From positions 1-41,907 of the forward strand of contig DATFEO010000061.1 in assembly GCA_035250985.1 (NCBI GenBank): a stretch of 41,907 nt of DNA, written 5' to 3'. How positions within the stretch are numbered: position 1 is the stretch's first letter; every line of letters starts with the position of its first letter. The notes beneath the pieces are model-generated. The model was not told the DNA's origin. It saw only the letters and a program-made list of their open reading frames with translations, and made no database searches. The DNA is from Sphingomicrobium sp. GTDB taxonomy: Bacteria > Pseudomonadota > Alphaproteobacteria > Sphingomonadales > Sphingomonadaceae. The translations under genes and the position numbers were made by a program. Of the stretch, positions 1 through 9,704 are shown in pieces.

Positions 1-942
1 TACATCAACCTGCCGCTCGCCGCGGGCGCGATCGCGCTGGCGCTCATCTTCGTCACCGAAAGCTCCGACCCCGGCGCCGGCCGCACCGATTATGCCGGCG
101 CCGTCCTGGCCACCGCCGGGCTTGGGGGAGCGACCTACGGACTGACGCTCTGGTCCTCGTCGGGCCAGGTCGGAGCCATGGCCCTCGGCTCGCTCGTCGC
201 CGGCCTCCTGCTCCTCCTCGCCTTCCTTCGAGTCGAGAGGAAACGAGGACAAAGCGCCATGATGCCGCTCGGCCTGTTCAAGGACAGCTGCTTCACCGGC
301 CTCAACCTCATGACTTTGCTGCTCTACGGCGCGTTCGGCGCGGTCATGCTGCTGGTTCCTTACGTTCTGATCGAGGCCGCCGGCTACGCGCCGATCGAGG
401 CCGGCCTTGCCTTGCTGCCGCTGCCGATCCTGCTCACCATCGGCTCGCCGATCATGGGACAGCTCGCCGAGCGAACCGGCCCGCACCTGCCGCTGACGAT
501 CGGCCCGCTGGTGGCCGGGGCCGGCATGGTCCTGGGGCTCAGGATCGAGGCCGAGGCGTCCTATTGGACGACGGTGCTGCCGGCGATGACGGTGATGGCG
601 CTCGGCATGGCGATCGCGGTTGCGCCCCTGACCGCCTCTGTCCTGGGCTCGGTCGAGGAGAAACATGTTGCCATGGCCTCAGGCTTCAACAGCGCCGTCG
701 CCAGGCTCGGGGCCCTCGTTGCCACCGCGTTGCTGGGAGTCGTCCTCTCGAAAGAGGGCGCCCGGCTGATTCCCGGCTTCCACGGTGCGATGGTCGCTTC
801 GGCAATCGTCGCCGCGGCCGCCAGCCTGGTCGCCTGGTTCAGCCTTCGATCTTTGAAAAGTCCGCGACTTCGTGAACGGCGTCGCGAAACCGAGCCAGGA
901 GGTTCAATCGCCGCGCCCTCGTTTCCTTGTGTGGGTCGTTGA
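1..942 (+). CDS. MFS drug:H+ antiporter-like (DHA2) transporter, 5'-truncated by window edge
   Basis: Frame open from base 1 (YINLPLA...), many hydrophobic helices, MFS-like segments MMPLGLF, ASGFNSAVARLG; 3' tail overlaps glyS end. Confidence 0.85.
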   Translation, partial: YINLPLAAGAIALALIFVTESSDPGAGRTDYAGAVLATAGLGGATYGLTLWSSSGQVGAMALGSLVAGLLLLLAFLRVERKRGQSAMMPLGLFKDSCFTGLNLMTLLLYGAFGAVMLLVPYVLIEAAGYAPIEAGLALLPLPILLTIGSPIMGQLAERTGPHLPLTIGPLVAGAGMVLGLRIEAEASYWTTVLPAMTVMALGMAIAVAPLTASVLGSVEEKHVAMASGFNSAVARLGALVATALLGVVLSKEGARLIPGFHGAMVASAIVAAAASLVAWFSLRSLKSPRLRERRRETEPGGSIAAPSFPCVGR

Positions 943-2947
943 CCGTCACATGATCGAAGAAGGCGTCTATTGGCGCCCGCAGTGAGGCGAGCGCTGCCAT
1001 TGCCGCGGTGAAGTCTTCCTTTTCGACGGCGTTTCGGGCCTTCGGCTCGGCCTTGTCGAGCGCCGCCCCGAGCGCCTTCTCCTCCGCCGGCGCATCGGCG
1101 GGCAGCGCCTTCGCCTGGGCCATTTCGGCGACCGCCTCGGCGATGGCCGGCTCCTCAACCTCGACCAAGGGATCTTCCTCGCCGGTCTGTGGGATGCCCT
1201 GCTCGCCCTTGGTCGCCATGACCCTCGGCAGGTCCCAGTTTTCCTTCTTCAGGATGTTTGCCGCCCGCTTGTAGGCGACGAGCAGGTTGGCTCCGTCGCC
1301 GGTCTCGACAAAGGCCTGAAGGGCATTCACTCGCGCCAGCAGCCGGACGAGGTCATCCTCTCCGCCCAGCGCGAACACCGCATCGATCAGATCGTGCCGC
1401 ACGCCCGCCTCACGCTGCTGGACCTTCAGGCGGTCAGCGAAGAAGTCCATCAGTTCGTCGACGTCCCCCTTGGGTTCGGCGAGCCCAAATGCCTTGCGCA
1501 GGCTCATGCGCGTGTCGTTCGCCAGGATCGTCTGGATGATCCCCAAAGCTGCCCGGCGCAGCGCGAAGGGATCCTTCGAGCCGGTCGGCTTGATCCCTCT
1601 CGCGAAGAACGACGCCAAAGTGTCGATTCGGTCGGCCAAGGCCACGCAAGCCGGAATGCAGCCCTCGACCGTCTGTTGGTATTGCTGACGAAGCGTTGAG
1701 ACGACGCCCGGCTTCTCGCCCCCGCGCTCGGCATAATAGCCGCCCATGATCCCCTGCAGCTCGGGGAACTCGCCGACCATGGAGCTCGCGAGGTCGGCCT
1801 TGGCAAGCAAGCCGGCGCGATAGGCCGTTTCGGGCTCGCGTTCGGGGAACCAGCATTCGCAGATCGCCCGCGACAATTTGGCGATCCGATCCGCCTTGGC
1901 GCGAAGGCTGCCCATGCCCTCGTAAAAGAGCATCTGGTCGATTTTCGGCAGCAGCTCCTCCAGCGGGACCTTCAGATCCTGCTCCCAGAAGAAGCGGGCG
2001 TCGGCGAGCCGAGCGGCGAGTACGCGGCGGTTGCCCTCGACGATCGCCTCGCCCCCATCCTTCGCGTCGATGTTGGCGACGCAAACGAAGGCCGCGGCCA
2101 GCGCGCCGCCGCCGTCGGTGCAGGCGAAATATTTCTGGTTGGTGCGCATGGTGAGGACGATCACCTCGCGCGGAACATCGAGAAAATCGGGGTCGAAGCG
2201 GCCGAGCAGCGGCACCGGCCACTCTGTCAGGCCGGCATTCTCGACTACCAGCCCTTCGTCTTCGACCAGGCTCAGGCCGGCGGCCTTTGCAGCCTCGGCC
2301 GCACCTTCGCGGATAATCGCCTCGCGCTCCTCATGGTCAACGATGACATGGCAGGCGCGCAGCTTCTCGAAATAGTCGTCCACCCCGCCGATTGTGATGA
2401 CGCCCGGATGGTGGAAGCGGTGGCCGACCGTCGCCGCGCCGGCTGCAATGCCGTCGACCTCGACCGGCACGATTGCTTCGTCGATCAGCGCGACAATGCC
2501 GTGCAGCGGCCGCACCCAGCGCAGGCTCCCCGACCCCCAGCGCATCGACTTTGGCCAGGGGAAGCTGCGGATGATCGTCTCGATCGCCTCGGCCAGCACT
2601 TCGCTCGCCGCACGGCCCGGCCGGTCGATACGAGCAAAGAGCACCCCGTCGCGTTCTTCCAACTGCTCGCGCCTGAGGCCTGTCTTCTTGAGGAAGCCCG
2701 CAAGCGCCTGCTCCGGCGCATTGGCACGCGGGCCTTTCAGTTCTTCGCTGACCGCCTCGGTCGCGTCCGGCAATCCGCGCGCGATCAGCACCAGCCGCCG
2801 CGCCGTCGAGAAGGTTTCAATGCCCTGCGTCGCGAGGCCCGCACCCTGCAGCGCCTCGGCGAACAGGCGCGCCAGGTCGGCGCGCGCCTTGGCCTGCATC
2901 CGCGCCGGGATCTCCTCCGAAAGAAGCTCGAGCAGGAAGTCGCTCAC
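839..2947 (-). CDS. glyS: Glycine--tRNA ligase beta subunit
   Basis: [12 protein letters not shown]-terminus, [34 protein letters not shown]-terminus; GTG start overlaps glyQ stop (GTGA). Confidence 0.97.
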   Translation of the reverse strand: MSDFLLELLSEEIPARMQAKARADLARLFAEALQGAGLATQGIETFSTARRLVLIARGLPDATEAVSEELKGPRANAPEQALAGFLKKTGLRREQLEERDGVLFARIDRPGRAASEVLAEAIETIIRSFPWPKSMRWGSGSLRWVRPLHGIVALIDEAIVPVEVDGIAAGAATVGHRFHHPGVITIGGVDDYFEKLRACHVIVDHEEREAIIREGAAEAAKAAGLSLVEDEGLVVENAGLTEWPVPLLGRFDPDFLDVPREVIVLTMRTNQKYFACTDGGGALAAAFVCVANIDAKDGGEAIVEGNRRVLAARLADARFFWEQDLKVPLEELLPKIDQMLFYEGMGSLRAKADRIAKLSRAICECWFPEREPETAYRAGLLAKADLASSMVGEFPELQGIMGGYYAERGGEKPGVVSTLRQQYQQTVEGCIPACVALADRIDTLASFFARGIKPTGSKDPFALRRAALGIIQTILANDTRMSLRKAFGLAEPKGDVDELMDFFADRLKVQQREAGVRHDLIDAVFALGGEDDLVRLLARVNALQAFVETGDGANLLVAYKRAANILKKENWDLPRVMATKGEQGIPQTGEEDPLVEVEEPAIAEAVAEMAQAKALPADAPAEEKALGAALDKAEPKARNAVEKEDFTAAMAALASLRAPIDAFFDHVTVNDPHKETRARRLNLLARFRDAVHEVADFSKIEG

Positions 2948-3804
2948 GCCGCGTGGCCTTTCGCCTCGATCCACTCCTCGCAAGCGCCCTTCGCCAGGTC
3001 GCGTACGCGGCCGATATAGGCCTGGCGCTCAGCCACCGAGATGACGCCGCGCGCCTGCAACGTGTTGAAGATGTGGCTGGCCTTGATTGCCTGCTCATAG
3101 GCCGGGATCGGCAGCTTGGCGGCCAGACAATTCTCGGCTTCCGCAGCGGCCTTCTTGAACAGGTCGAACAAAGCCTCGGTGTCCGCGACCTCGAAGCTCC
3201 AGGCCGACATCTGCCGCTCATTGTCGAGGAAGACGTCGCCGTAGGTCACGCCTTCGCTGTTGAAGGCGAGGTCGAAGACATTGTCCTTGCCCTGAATGTA
3301 CATCGCCAGCCGTTCAAGCCCGTAGGTCAGCTCGCCCGCGACCGGCCGGCAGTCGAAGCCGCCGACCTGCTGGAAATAGGTGAACTGCGTCACTTCCATG
3401 CCGTCGCACCATACTTCCCAGCCGAGGCCCCAGGCGCCAAGCGTCGGGCTTTCCCAATCGTCCTCGACGAAGCGTATGTCGTGCTTCAAGGGGTCGATGC
3501 CGATGGCGTCGAGGCTGCCGAGGTAGAGCGCCTGCAGATCCTCCGGGCTCGGTTTCAGTATCACCTGGTACTGGTAATAATGGCCGAGGCGGTTGGGGTT
3601 TTCGCCATAGCGGCCGTCGGTTGGCCGCCGGCACGGCTGGACATAAGCCGCCTTCCACGGGTCCGGGCCGAGAGCGCGCAGGACCGTCGCCGGATGAAAG
3701 GTCCCCGCCCCCATCTCCATGTCATAAGGCTGCAGGATCAGGCAGCCGCGCTCCGACCAATAATGGTGCAAGGTCAGGATCAGGTCCTGGAAGCTCAGCG
3801 ACAA
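2944..3804 (-). CDS. glyQ: Glycine--tRNA ligase alpha subunit
   Basis: [42 protein letters not shown] motifs; start uncertain (TTG 3804 chosen). Confidence 0.97.
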   Translation of the reverse strand: MSLSFQDLILTLHHYWSERGCLILQPYDMEMGAGTFHPATVLRALGPDPWKAAYVQPCRRPTDGRYGENPNRLGHYYQYQVILKPSPEDLQALYLGSLDAIGIDPLKHDIRFVEDDWESPTLGAWGLGWEVWCDGMEVTQFTYFQQVGGFDCRPVAGELTYGLERLAMYIQGKDNVFDLAFNSEGVTYGDVFLDNERQMSAWSFEVADTEALFDLFKKAAAEAENCLAAKLPIPAYEQAIKASHIFNTLQARGVISVAERQAYIGRVRDLAKGACEEWIEAKGHAA

Positions 3805-3909
3805 CTTGAATTCCCCGTCTTCAGGCGATGCGGCGGCTTTGGCCGATGCGGCAAAGCCTGACAAGCGCGTTCACCCTTCCTACATGGTTGCGGCGCTTTA
3901 GGAGGGTTC

Positions 3910-4809
3910 ATGCGTATCTGGGACAAGATCAAAAGCGGCCTTGCAGCACTCGGCCTCGCCGTTGCCGCAGCCGGCGCCTCCACGGCTGCCGACGCCAAGG
4001 CGGCCAAGCCGGCGATGTGGCAGGTCTATGACAGCGACACGAGCATCTATCTCTTCGGCACGGTCCACCTGCTGCCGCCGGGCACGCAGTGGCGGACGGC
4101 GAAGTTCGACCAGGCGGCCAAAGAGGCGGGAACGCTGGTCGTCGAAACCATCATCGATGAGACGAATCCGCGTGTCTTCGCCGCCGAGCTCGCGCGCATC
4201 AGCATTCGCCCGGGCCTGCCGCCCATCGTCAGCCGCGTGCCCCCCGAGAAGCAGGCTGCGCTTCGCGCCGTCATTGCCAAGTCCGGCATCCCGGAAGCGG
4301 CGCTCAACAATATGGAGACCTGGGCGGCTGCCTTCGCCTTGCTGCAGCTCCAGTTCAAGGAGCTGGGGGTTTCCGGCAGCGACGGCGTGGAGCTAGCGCT
4401 GCGCAAGACCTTTAACCAGGCCGGCAAGCCGGTCGAGCAGCTGGAGACCAACGCCCAGCAGCTCGGCTTCTTCGACACCCTGCCCGAAGCCGCCCAGCGC
4501 GATTTGCTGGAAGGCGCGATCGAGACGCCGGCCGCCGCCAAGCAGCAGTTCAATTCCATGCTCGCCGCCTGGATGAGCGGCGATGTCAATGCCATCGCCC
4601 GGACGTTCAATGCCGAGCTCGCGAAGTCGCCCGATCTGCGCGAGGCCCTGCTTCGCCGCCGCAACGCCAATTGGAGCTACTGGCTCGCGTCGCGGATGCA
4701 GCGGCCTGGCACCGTGCTGGTCGCGGTCGGCGCCGGCCACCTCGCCGGCGATGATTCGGTCGTCGAGATGCTGAAGAAGCGCGGCTATCGGGTAAAGCGG
4801 GTCCAATAG
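3910..4809 (+). CDS. TraB/GumN (Tiki-like) family exported protein
   Basis: SD GGAGGG, signal peptide, PAMW..YLFGTVH, LET..QL, RRNANW, VAVGAGHL motifs. Confidence 0.88.
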   Translation: MRIWDKIKSGLAALGLAVAAAGASTAADAKAAKPAMWQVYDSDTSIYLFGTVHLLPPGTQWRTAKFDQAAKEAGTLVVETIIDETNPRVFAAELARISIRPGLPPIVSRVPPEKQAALRAVIAKSGIPEAALNNMETWAAAFALLQLQFKELGVSGSDGVELALRKTFNQAGKPVEQLETNAQQLGFFDTLPEAAQRDLLEGAIETPAAAKQQFNSMLAAWMSGDVNAIARTFNAELAKSPDLREALLRRRNANWSYWLASRMQRPGTVLVAVGAGHLAGDDSVVEMLKKRGYRVKRVQ

Positions 4810-4847
4810 TCAGTATAATCCACAATTTTGCGACGAATTGCAGACAG

Positions 4848-4893
4848 TTAAAGGATTAGTAACCTTGACGGGCGGAAACTCGTCCAACACACT
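4848..4893 (+). promoter_or_regulatory. CtrA-box-like site and sigma70-like promoter of second TraB/GumN gene
   Basis: TTAA-AGGATTA-GTAAC (one mismatch to TTAA-N7-TTAAC) at 4848-4863, then TTGACG-N17-CACACT at 4865-4893 in an AT-rich spacer. Confidence 0.45.
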
Positions 4894-4922
4894 GCCCGCG
4901 CACACTTACCGGGGGGGTCAAG

Positions 4923-5810
4923 GTGCTGGAACGACTTGGATTCTGGCGGGGTAGCACCCGCATTAAGACGATCACTCGATTTAGCGGCGGCGTCGCCGCT
5001 GCAATCCTTGCGCTCGCGATCGCCGTTCCCGCCTCGGCTCCGGCCTCGCCGGTCAGTACCGCCGCGGTTCACGCCCAGCCAGGCCCCGCTCTCTGGGTCG
5101 TCCAGGACCTCGATACAACTGTCTATCTGTTCGGCACCTTCCACGCGCTCGATCAGAATTCGGCCTGGTTCAACCGCAGCGTCCGCGCCGCCTTCGACGC
5201 TTCCGACCAGCTGGTCCTGGAGACGCTCGTCCCGGAAGACCCGGCCGAGCTTCATGCCGTCATCGGGCGCCACTCGGCGGCGAAAGAGCCCCAGGTCGGC
5301 GCACCGGTCTATACCGATCGCGGTGGGTCGTCGTTCGTCGCCTCCGCCGGCCAGGCCATGTCCGCCGGACGGTCGATGGGCATGTCGGTCGACCACGGGG
5401 CCGACGCCGTGCTCCGCCGCGCCGCCAACGCCAGTGGCAAGCCGGTCGCGGGCCTTGAGACGTTCGAATTCCAGCTGCGCATGTTCCGCAGCCTGCCCCC
5501 GCCGCCGGCAGCAGCTGACCGTCATGCCGGCACTGAGCTGGGCGGGTTCCTCGGCGACATGCAGTCTGCTTGGAAGCGCGGCGACAATGACGGTTTCGCC
5601 ACAATTCTCGGCAAGGTTCGCGCGCAGAGCCCCCAGACCTACAAGACTCTGTTCGTCGACCGGAATGCGAACTGGGCCGGCTGGATCGCCAACCGTATGA
5701 CCCGGCCGGGTACCGTCTTCATTGCAGTCGGCACCGGCCATTTGATCGGCCCGGACAGCGTCCAGCAGTATCTCGCCGCCCGCGGCATCGACTCGGCGCG
5801 CATCAGCTAG
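4923..5810 (+). CDS. TraB/GumN family exported protein, second paralog
   Basis: Signal-like helix, PALW..YLFGTFH, GLETFEFQL, DRNANW, AVGTGHL; start uncertain. Confidence 0.85.
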   Translation: MLERLGFWRGSTRIKTITRFSGGVAAAILALAIAVPASAPASPVSTAAVHAQPGPALWVVQDLDTTVYLFGTFHALDQNSAWFNRSVRAAFDASDQLVLETLVPEDPAELHAVIGRHSAAKEPQVGAPVYTDRGGSSFVASAGQAMSAGRSMGMSVDHGADAVLRRAANASGKPVAGLETFEFQLRMFRSLPPPPAAADRHAGTELGGFLGDMQSAWKRGDNDGFATILGKVRAQSPQTYKTLFVDRNANWAGWIANRMTRPGTVFIAVGTGHLIGPDSVQQYLAARGIDSARIS

Positions 5811-5825
5811 GCCCCTTCCCTCGCC

Positions 5826-5854
5826 TTGCCATTCGGTGCGCCTCCCCCTATAGG
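5826..5854 (+). promoter_or_regulatory. sigma70-like promoter of rplY
   Basis: TTGCCA-N17-TATAGG upstream of a roughly 65-nt leader. Confidence 0.6.
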
Positions 5855-5924
5855 CGCGCCCTTGCCCGGCCATGGTCATCCCTGGAGGCGTGGCGGGCTT
5901 GATTAACTGAAGGAAACGCAAGCA

Positions 5925-6608
5925 ATGAGCGAACAGCTGATGCTGCCCGCCGAAGCGCGCGAACGGGCTGGCAAGGGAGCCTCCCGATCACTGCGCCGCG
6001 ATGGCCGGGTCCCCGCCGTGGTTTACGGCGAAAAGAAGGAACCCCTCTCGATCCATGTCGAGGAGAAGCTCCTGACCAAGATGCTCCACACGGGGCACTT
6101 CATGAATAGCGTCGTCATGATCGATGTCGGCGGCAAGGCGACCCGCACGCTTCCCAAGGCGGTCGACTTCCATCCGGTTTCGAGCCGCCCAATCCATGTC
6201 GACTTCCTGCGCATCGGCGAGCATGCTCAGGTCAACGTCAATGTCCCGGTTCGCTTCGACAATGAGGAAGAGTCGCCGGGCCTGAAGCGCGGCGGCGTGC
6301 TGAACATTGTCGTTCACGACCTGGCCCTGGTCTGCGACGCGGCCGAAATCCCGAACGAGATCCATATCGATCTTACGGGTCTCGAGATTGGCGACACGAT
6401 CCACATTTCGGAGGTCAAGCTGCCGAAGGGGTCCAGGCCCGCCAACGAGGACGAGGATTTCACCGTCGCCACCATCGTCGCGCCGTCGGCGATGAAGGCC
6501 GAGGAAGAAGAGGCCGCGCCTGAGGGCGAGGTCCCGACCGTCGGCGAGGAAGAAGTCGAGGGCGAGGGCGAGGCCGAAGGCGGCGCCGAGGGCGGCGAAG
6601 AAGCCTGA
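5925..6608 (+). CDS. rplY: 50S ribosomal protein bL25 / general stress protein Ctc
   Basis: [30 protein letters not shown], acidic C-terminal tail; SD AAGGA. Confidence 0.97.
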   Translation: MSEQLMLPAEARERAGKGASRSLRRDGRVPAVVYGEKKEPLSIHVEEKLLTKMLHTGHFMNSVVMIDVGGKATRTLPKAVDFHPVSSRPIHVDFLRIGEHAQVNVNVPVRFDNEEESPGLKRGGVLNIVVHDLALVCDAAEIPNEIHIDLTGLEIGDTIHISEVKLPKGSRPANEDEDFTVATIVAPSAMKAEEEEAAPEGEVPTVGEEEVEGEGEAEGGAEGGEEA

Positions 6609-6631
6609 CGCGCTTGAAATAACGGTTATAG

Positions 6632-6668
6632 AAGACCGCTCGCCCCCCGCGGGGCGGGCGGTTTTCTT
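6632..6668 (+). terminator. Intrinsic terminator-like hairpin after rplY
   Basis: AAGACCGCTCGCCCC-CCGC-GGGGCGGGCGGTTTT followed by CTT. Confidence 0.75.
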
Positions 6669-6682
6669 GTCTGGGAGCGAGA

Positions 6683-7261
6683 GTGCAGATCTGGGCCGGT
6701 CTCGGTAATCCGGGCGCGCAATATGCGCTGCACCGCCACAACGTCGGCTTCATGGCTGCCGACGCCATTGCCGAAGTGCATGGCTTCGGCCCCTGGCAAA
6801 AGAAGTTCCGCAGCCTTGTCAGCGAGGGCCGCATCGGCCGCTATCGCGTGCTGCTCGTCAAGCCGCAGACCTTCATGAACGACAGCGGCGACGCGGTTCA
6901 ACAGGCATTAAAATTCTACAAGCTCGAACTGGATTCCCTGACGGTTTTCCATGATGAGCTCGACCTTGCGCCGTTCAAGGTCAAGGTGAAGGTCGGCGGC
7001 GGCACCGCCGGCCACAACGGCCTGAGGTCGATCAACGCCGTCTTCGGCCCCGACTTCCGCCGCGTCCGCATTGGCATCGGCCACCCCGGCCCGGGGCAGA
7101 AGCACAAGGTCAATCCGCACGTGCTCGGTAATTACGCCAAGGCCGAGCTGGAGCCCTTGTCGGACCTCCTCGGCGCGATCGCCGCTGAAGCCGAATGGCT
7201 CGCTGGCGGCGACGAGGTGCGCTTCATGAGCGAGGTGGCTCGGCGGATGCATCAGGAGTAG
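6683..7261 (+). CDS. pth: Peptidyl-tRNA hydrolase
   Basis: GLGNPG..Y..HRHNVGF, KPQTFMNDSG, HDELD, GHNGLRS, RVRIGIGHP. Confidence 0.97.
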   Translation: MQIWAGLGNPGAQYALHRHNVGFMAADAIAEVHGFGPWQKKFRSLVSEGRIGRYRVLLVKPQTFMNDSGDAVQQALKFYKLELDSLTVFHDELDLAPFKVKVKVGGGTAGHNGLRSINAVFGPDFRRVRIGIGHPGPGQKHKVNPHVLGNYAKAELEPLSDLLGAIAAEAEWLAGGDEVRFMSEVARRMHQE

Positions 7262-7306
7262 TCGAGGCGCGCTGCGATCCCCCCGGTTCGATTGGCTTTC
7301 CATCCC

Positions 7307-9085
7307 TCACGTTGCAACGGGCGTAATCGCCTCGGACGTATCGATCCCAAGCCGGGTCACGGCGCCCGCGAGCATCTGCTGAAAGCGGGATTCGTCGCGC
7401 AGGCCGTCCAGGTTAGGGTCATTCGCGGCCAGCCTGAGGGTGCTCGGCCCGCCCCGGGCAAAAACTGGGGCGAGCACATCGAGAGCAGCTTCCTTGTCGC
7501 CGACGATTGCGGCCAAGCCGAAGCCGAGATTGTACCGCATGAACAGGTTGTCCGGGTCGAGCAGGAGCGCGCGCTCACGCCACTGACCGGCCTCGTCGGA
7601 CTTGCCAAGTACCGCAAGACTGTTTGCGCCCATGGCGAGCGCGACCCCATTGTCCGGGCTTTGGGCAAGGACTTGCTCGACATGCTCGATGATCTTGTTC
7701 GCGGCCTTGGCGGCGCCGGTAGAGTCCCCTTGCGCAATGCAGCACGCGAGCAGCATGCCCCAGCCGTGAAAGTCGGCGTCCATGAGTTCCGTCGCCCGCT
7801 GCAAATGGCGCGCAGCCGCATCGATGCGCCTTTGCCGATAGAATATGCGCGCCGCCTCCTTGTTCACTTCCCATGAGTCCGGGTTGAGCCGAAGTGCGGC
7901 TTCGATCTCTGCATACGCCTTTTCATGCTGGCCCTGTTCGGCGAAGCGCCACGCTCTCGGCAAATGAGCTTCCGCAATATCCGGATCGAGGGTCAGTGCC
8001 CGCTCGGCGGCCGCTGATCCATCATCGACGCTTGGATCCGTCCCGAAGCCGTAGCAGACATGCGCCTGCGCAATCGCGATCAGCGCCCACGCCTGTGCAT
8101 AGTCGGGATCGACAGCGGTCGCCCGTTCGCAAATGCGGATGACCATCGCGGCCCGTCGGCGATTGCCGAAATCCGTGATCCAGTATTGCCGCGCCATGAG
8201 ATAGAGGTTGTAAGCCTCCGCACTCGTCGTTCCACGCTGCTCGATCGCCTTTTTCTCTTCGGGAAGCAGCTTGAGCTTGAGCGCAGCAACGATCTCCTTC
8301 GTGATCTCGTCCTGGATCGCGAAAATGTCGATGAGGTCGCGGTCGTAGCGCTCGGCCCAAACATGGTCTCCGCTCGTTCCGTCGATGAGCTGGGCCGTAA
8401 TGCGAACGCGCTCCCCGACCTTTCGGACGCTGCCTTCGAGGACATGGCTCACGCCCAGCTTCCGGGCGATCTCGCTGACATCAACCGACTGGCCCTTGAA
8501 CTGGAACGCCGTATTGCGCGCGATCACCGACAAGGCCGAAATCTTCGACAAGTCGGTGGTGATGTCCTCGCTGATCCCGTCGCTGAAATACTCTTGTTCC
8601 GCATCACCGCTCATGTTGGCGAAGGGCAATACACAAATCGCGCTCCTTCGCACCGGCATCCCGGGTGCAGGCCTGCCGCGCGGTGCCGGCTCGGCGCCGC
8701 GCACCAGGGCCGCAATGCTTCCCTCGATTTTCCGCCAGCCCGGTGAATTATGATCGCCATCCCAGCCGCGCAAATCGGCGCACTGGATCTGATTGAACGG
8801 CATTGGCGGCAACGTGCCATCGACGCTGACCTGCACCAACGTTCCAGCTTCGCGCGCGGCGTCGGCTTCGGCGCGAACCCATTGCGATTTTGCGGCCTCC
8901 GCCGACCACACAGCGAGCACGGCCTTGGCCAGCCGCAGGCGCTCTTCGATGACATCGCCGTAGGCGCGATGCGCGGGAAGCTCATCATCCCGCCAGACCT
9001 CGTATCCCTGTGAACGCAGGGTGTCCGCAATCAGCCGTGCCTGCGGCTCGGTTGAACGCGCGTAGGAGACGAACACATCCGTCAT
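7307..9085 (-). CDS. TIR-domain protein with TolB-like domain and TPR repeats
   Basis: DVFVSYAR...VWRD...WVRAEA (TIR_2); VLPFANMSGD..EYFSDGISEDI, LEGSVRK (TolB-like); TPR-like helical C-terminus. Confidence 0.85.
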   Translation of the reverse strand: MTDVFVSYARSTEPQARLIADTLRSQGYEVWRDDELPAHRAYGDVIEERLRLAKAVLAVWSAEAAKSQWVRAEADAAREAGTLVQVSVDGTLPPMPFNQIQCADLRGWDGDHNSPGWRKIEGSIAALVRGAEPAPRGRPAPGMPVRRSAICVLPFANMSGDAEQEYFSDGISEDITTDLSKISALSVIARNTAFQFKGQSVDVSEIARKLGVSHVLEGSVRKVGERVRITAQLIDGTSGDHVWAERYDRDLIDIFAIQDEITKEIVAALKLKLLPEEKKAIEQRGTTSAEAYNLYLMARQYWITDFGNRRRAAMVIRICERATAVDPDYAQAWALIAIAQAHVCYGFGTDPSVDDGSAAAERALTLDPDIAEAHLPRAWRFAEQGQHEKAYAEIEAALRLNPDSWEVNKEAARIFYRQRRIDAAARHLQRATELMDADFHGWGMLLACCIAQGDSTGAAKAANKIIEHVEQVLAQSPDNGVALAMGANSLAVLGKSDEAGQWRERALLLDPDNLFMRYNLGFGLAAIVGDKEAALDVLAPVFARGGPSTLRLAANDPNLDGLRDESRFQQMLAGAVTRLGIDTSEAITPVAT

Positions 9086-9128
9086 AGTGCCCCTTTCGCG
9101 TCGGATATCAGGACTCTATCGGGGTGTC

Positions 9129-9704
9129 ATGATACGGTCTGTCTTCCCGACGCTGCTTTACGAGGCCGAGATCGGCAACGGGCCCCTGATCGAAAGGCTG
9201 GCGCATTCGATCCGCACGCTGGCGCGCGACGACAAGGCCGGCATCCGCTGGAGCAGGGACAAGGGCTATGCGGGCTACACCAGCTACGCCTCGCTCGATG
9301 ACCTGACCCGGCGCGATCCGGCCTTCGCCGAGCTGGCAAAAATGCTGGCGCGGCATGGAGCTAAGTTCATCGAGGAATGCGGCTTCGAGCTGGGCCGCAG
9401 GCCGCGGCTCGACAGCCTGTGGGTCAATCTGTTGAAAGCAAGTGGACACCACAGTGGACATATTCACCCGCACTCGGTCGTTTCCGGTACCCTTTACGTC
9501 GAGGTGCCGGCCGGCGCTGGCGGCATTCGCTTCGAGGACCCACGGCTGCCTTTGATGATGGCGGCGCCGCAACGCGAGTCGGCCTTCGTCACAATCGATC
9601 CCCGACCCGGCCTGCTGTTGCTCTGGGAAAGTTGGCTGAGGCACGAGGTGCTGCCCGGCCACGGCCGCGGCGACCGTCTCAGTGTCAGCTTCAATCTTTC
9701 CTAG
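9129..9704 (+). CDS. TIGR02466-like putative 2OG-Fe(II) oxygenase
   Basis: FPT N-terminus, GYTSYASL, H.GHIHPHS.VSGTLY, WESWLRHEV, RLSVSFN. Confidence 0.85.
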   Translation: MIRSVFPTLLYEAEIGNGPLIERLAHSIRTLARDDKAGIRWSRDKGYAGYTSYASLDDLTRRDPAFAELAKMLARHGAKFIEECGFELGRRPRLDSLWVNLLKASGHHSGHIHPHSVVSGTLYVEVPAGAGGIRFEDPRLPLMMAAPQRESAFVTIDPRPGLLLLWESWLRHEVLPGHGRGDRLSVSFNLS

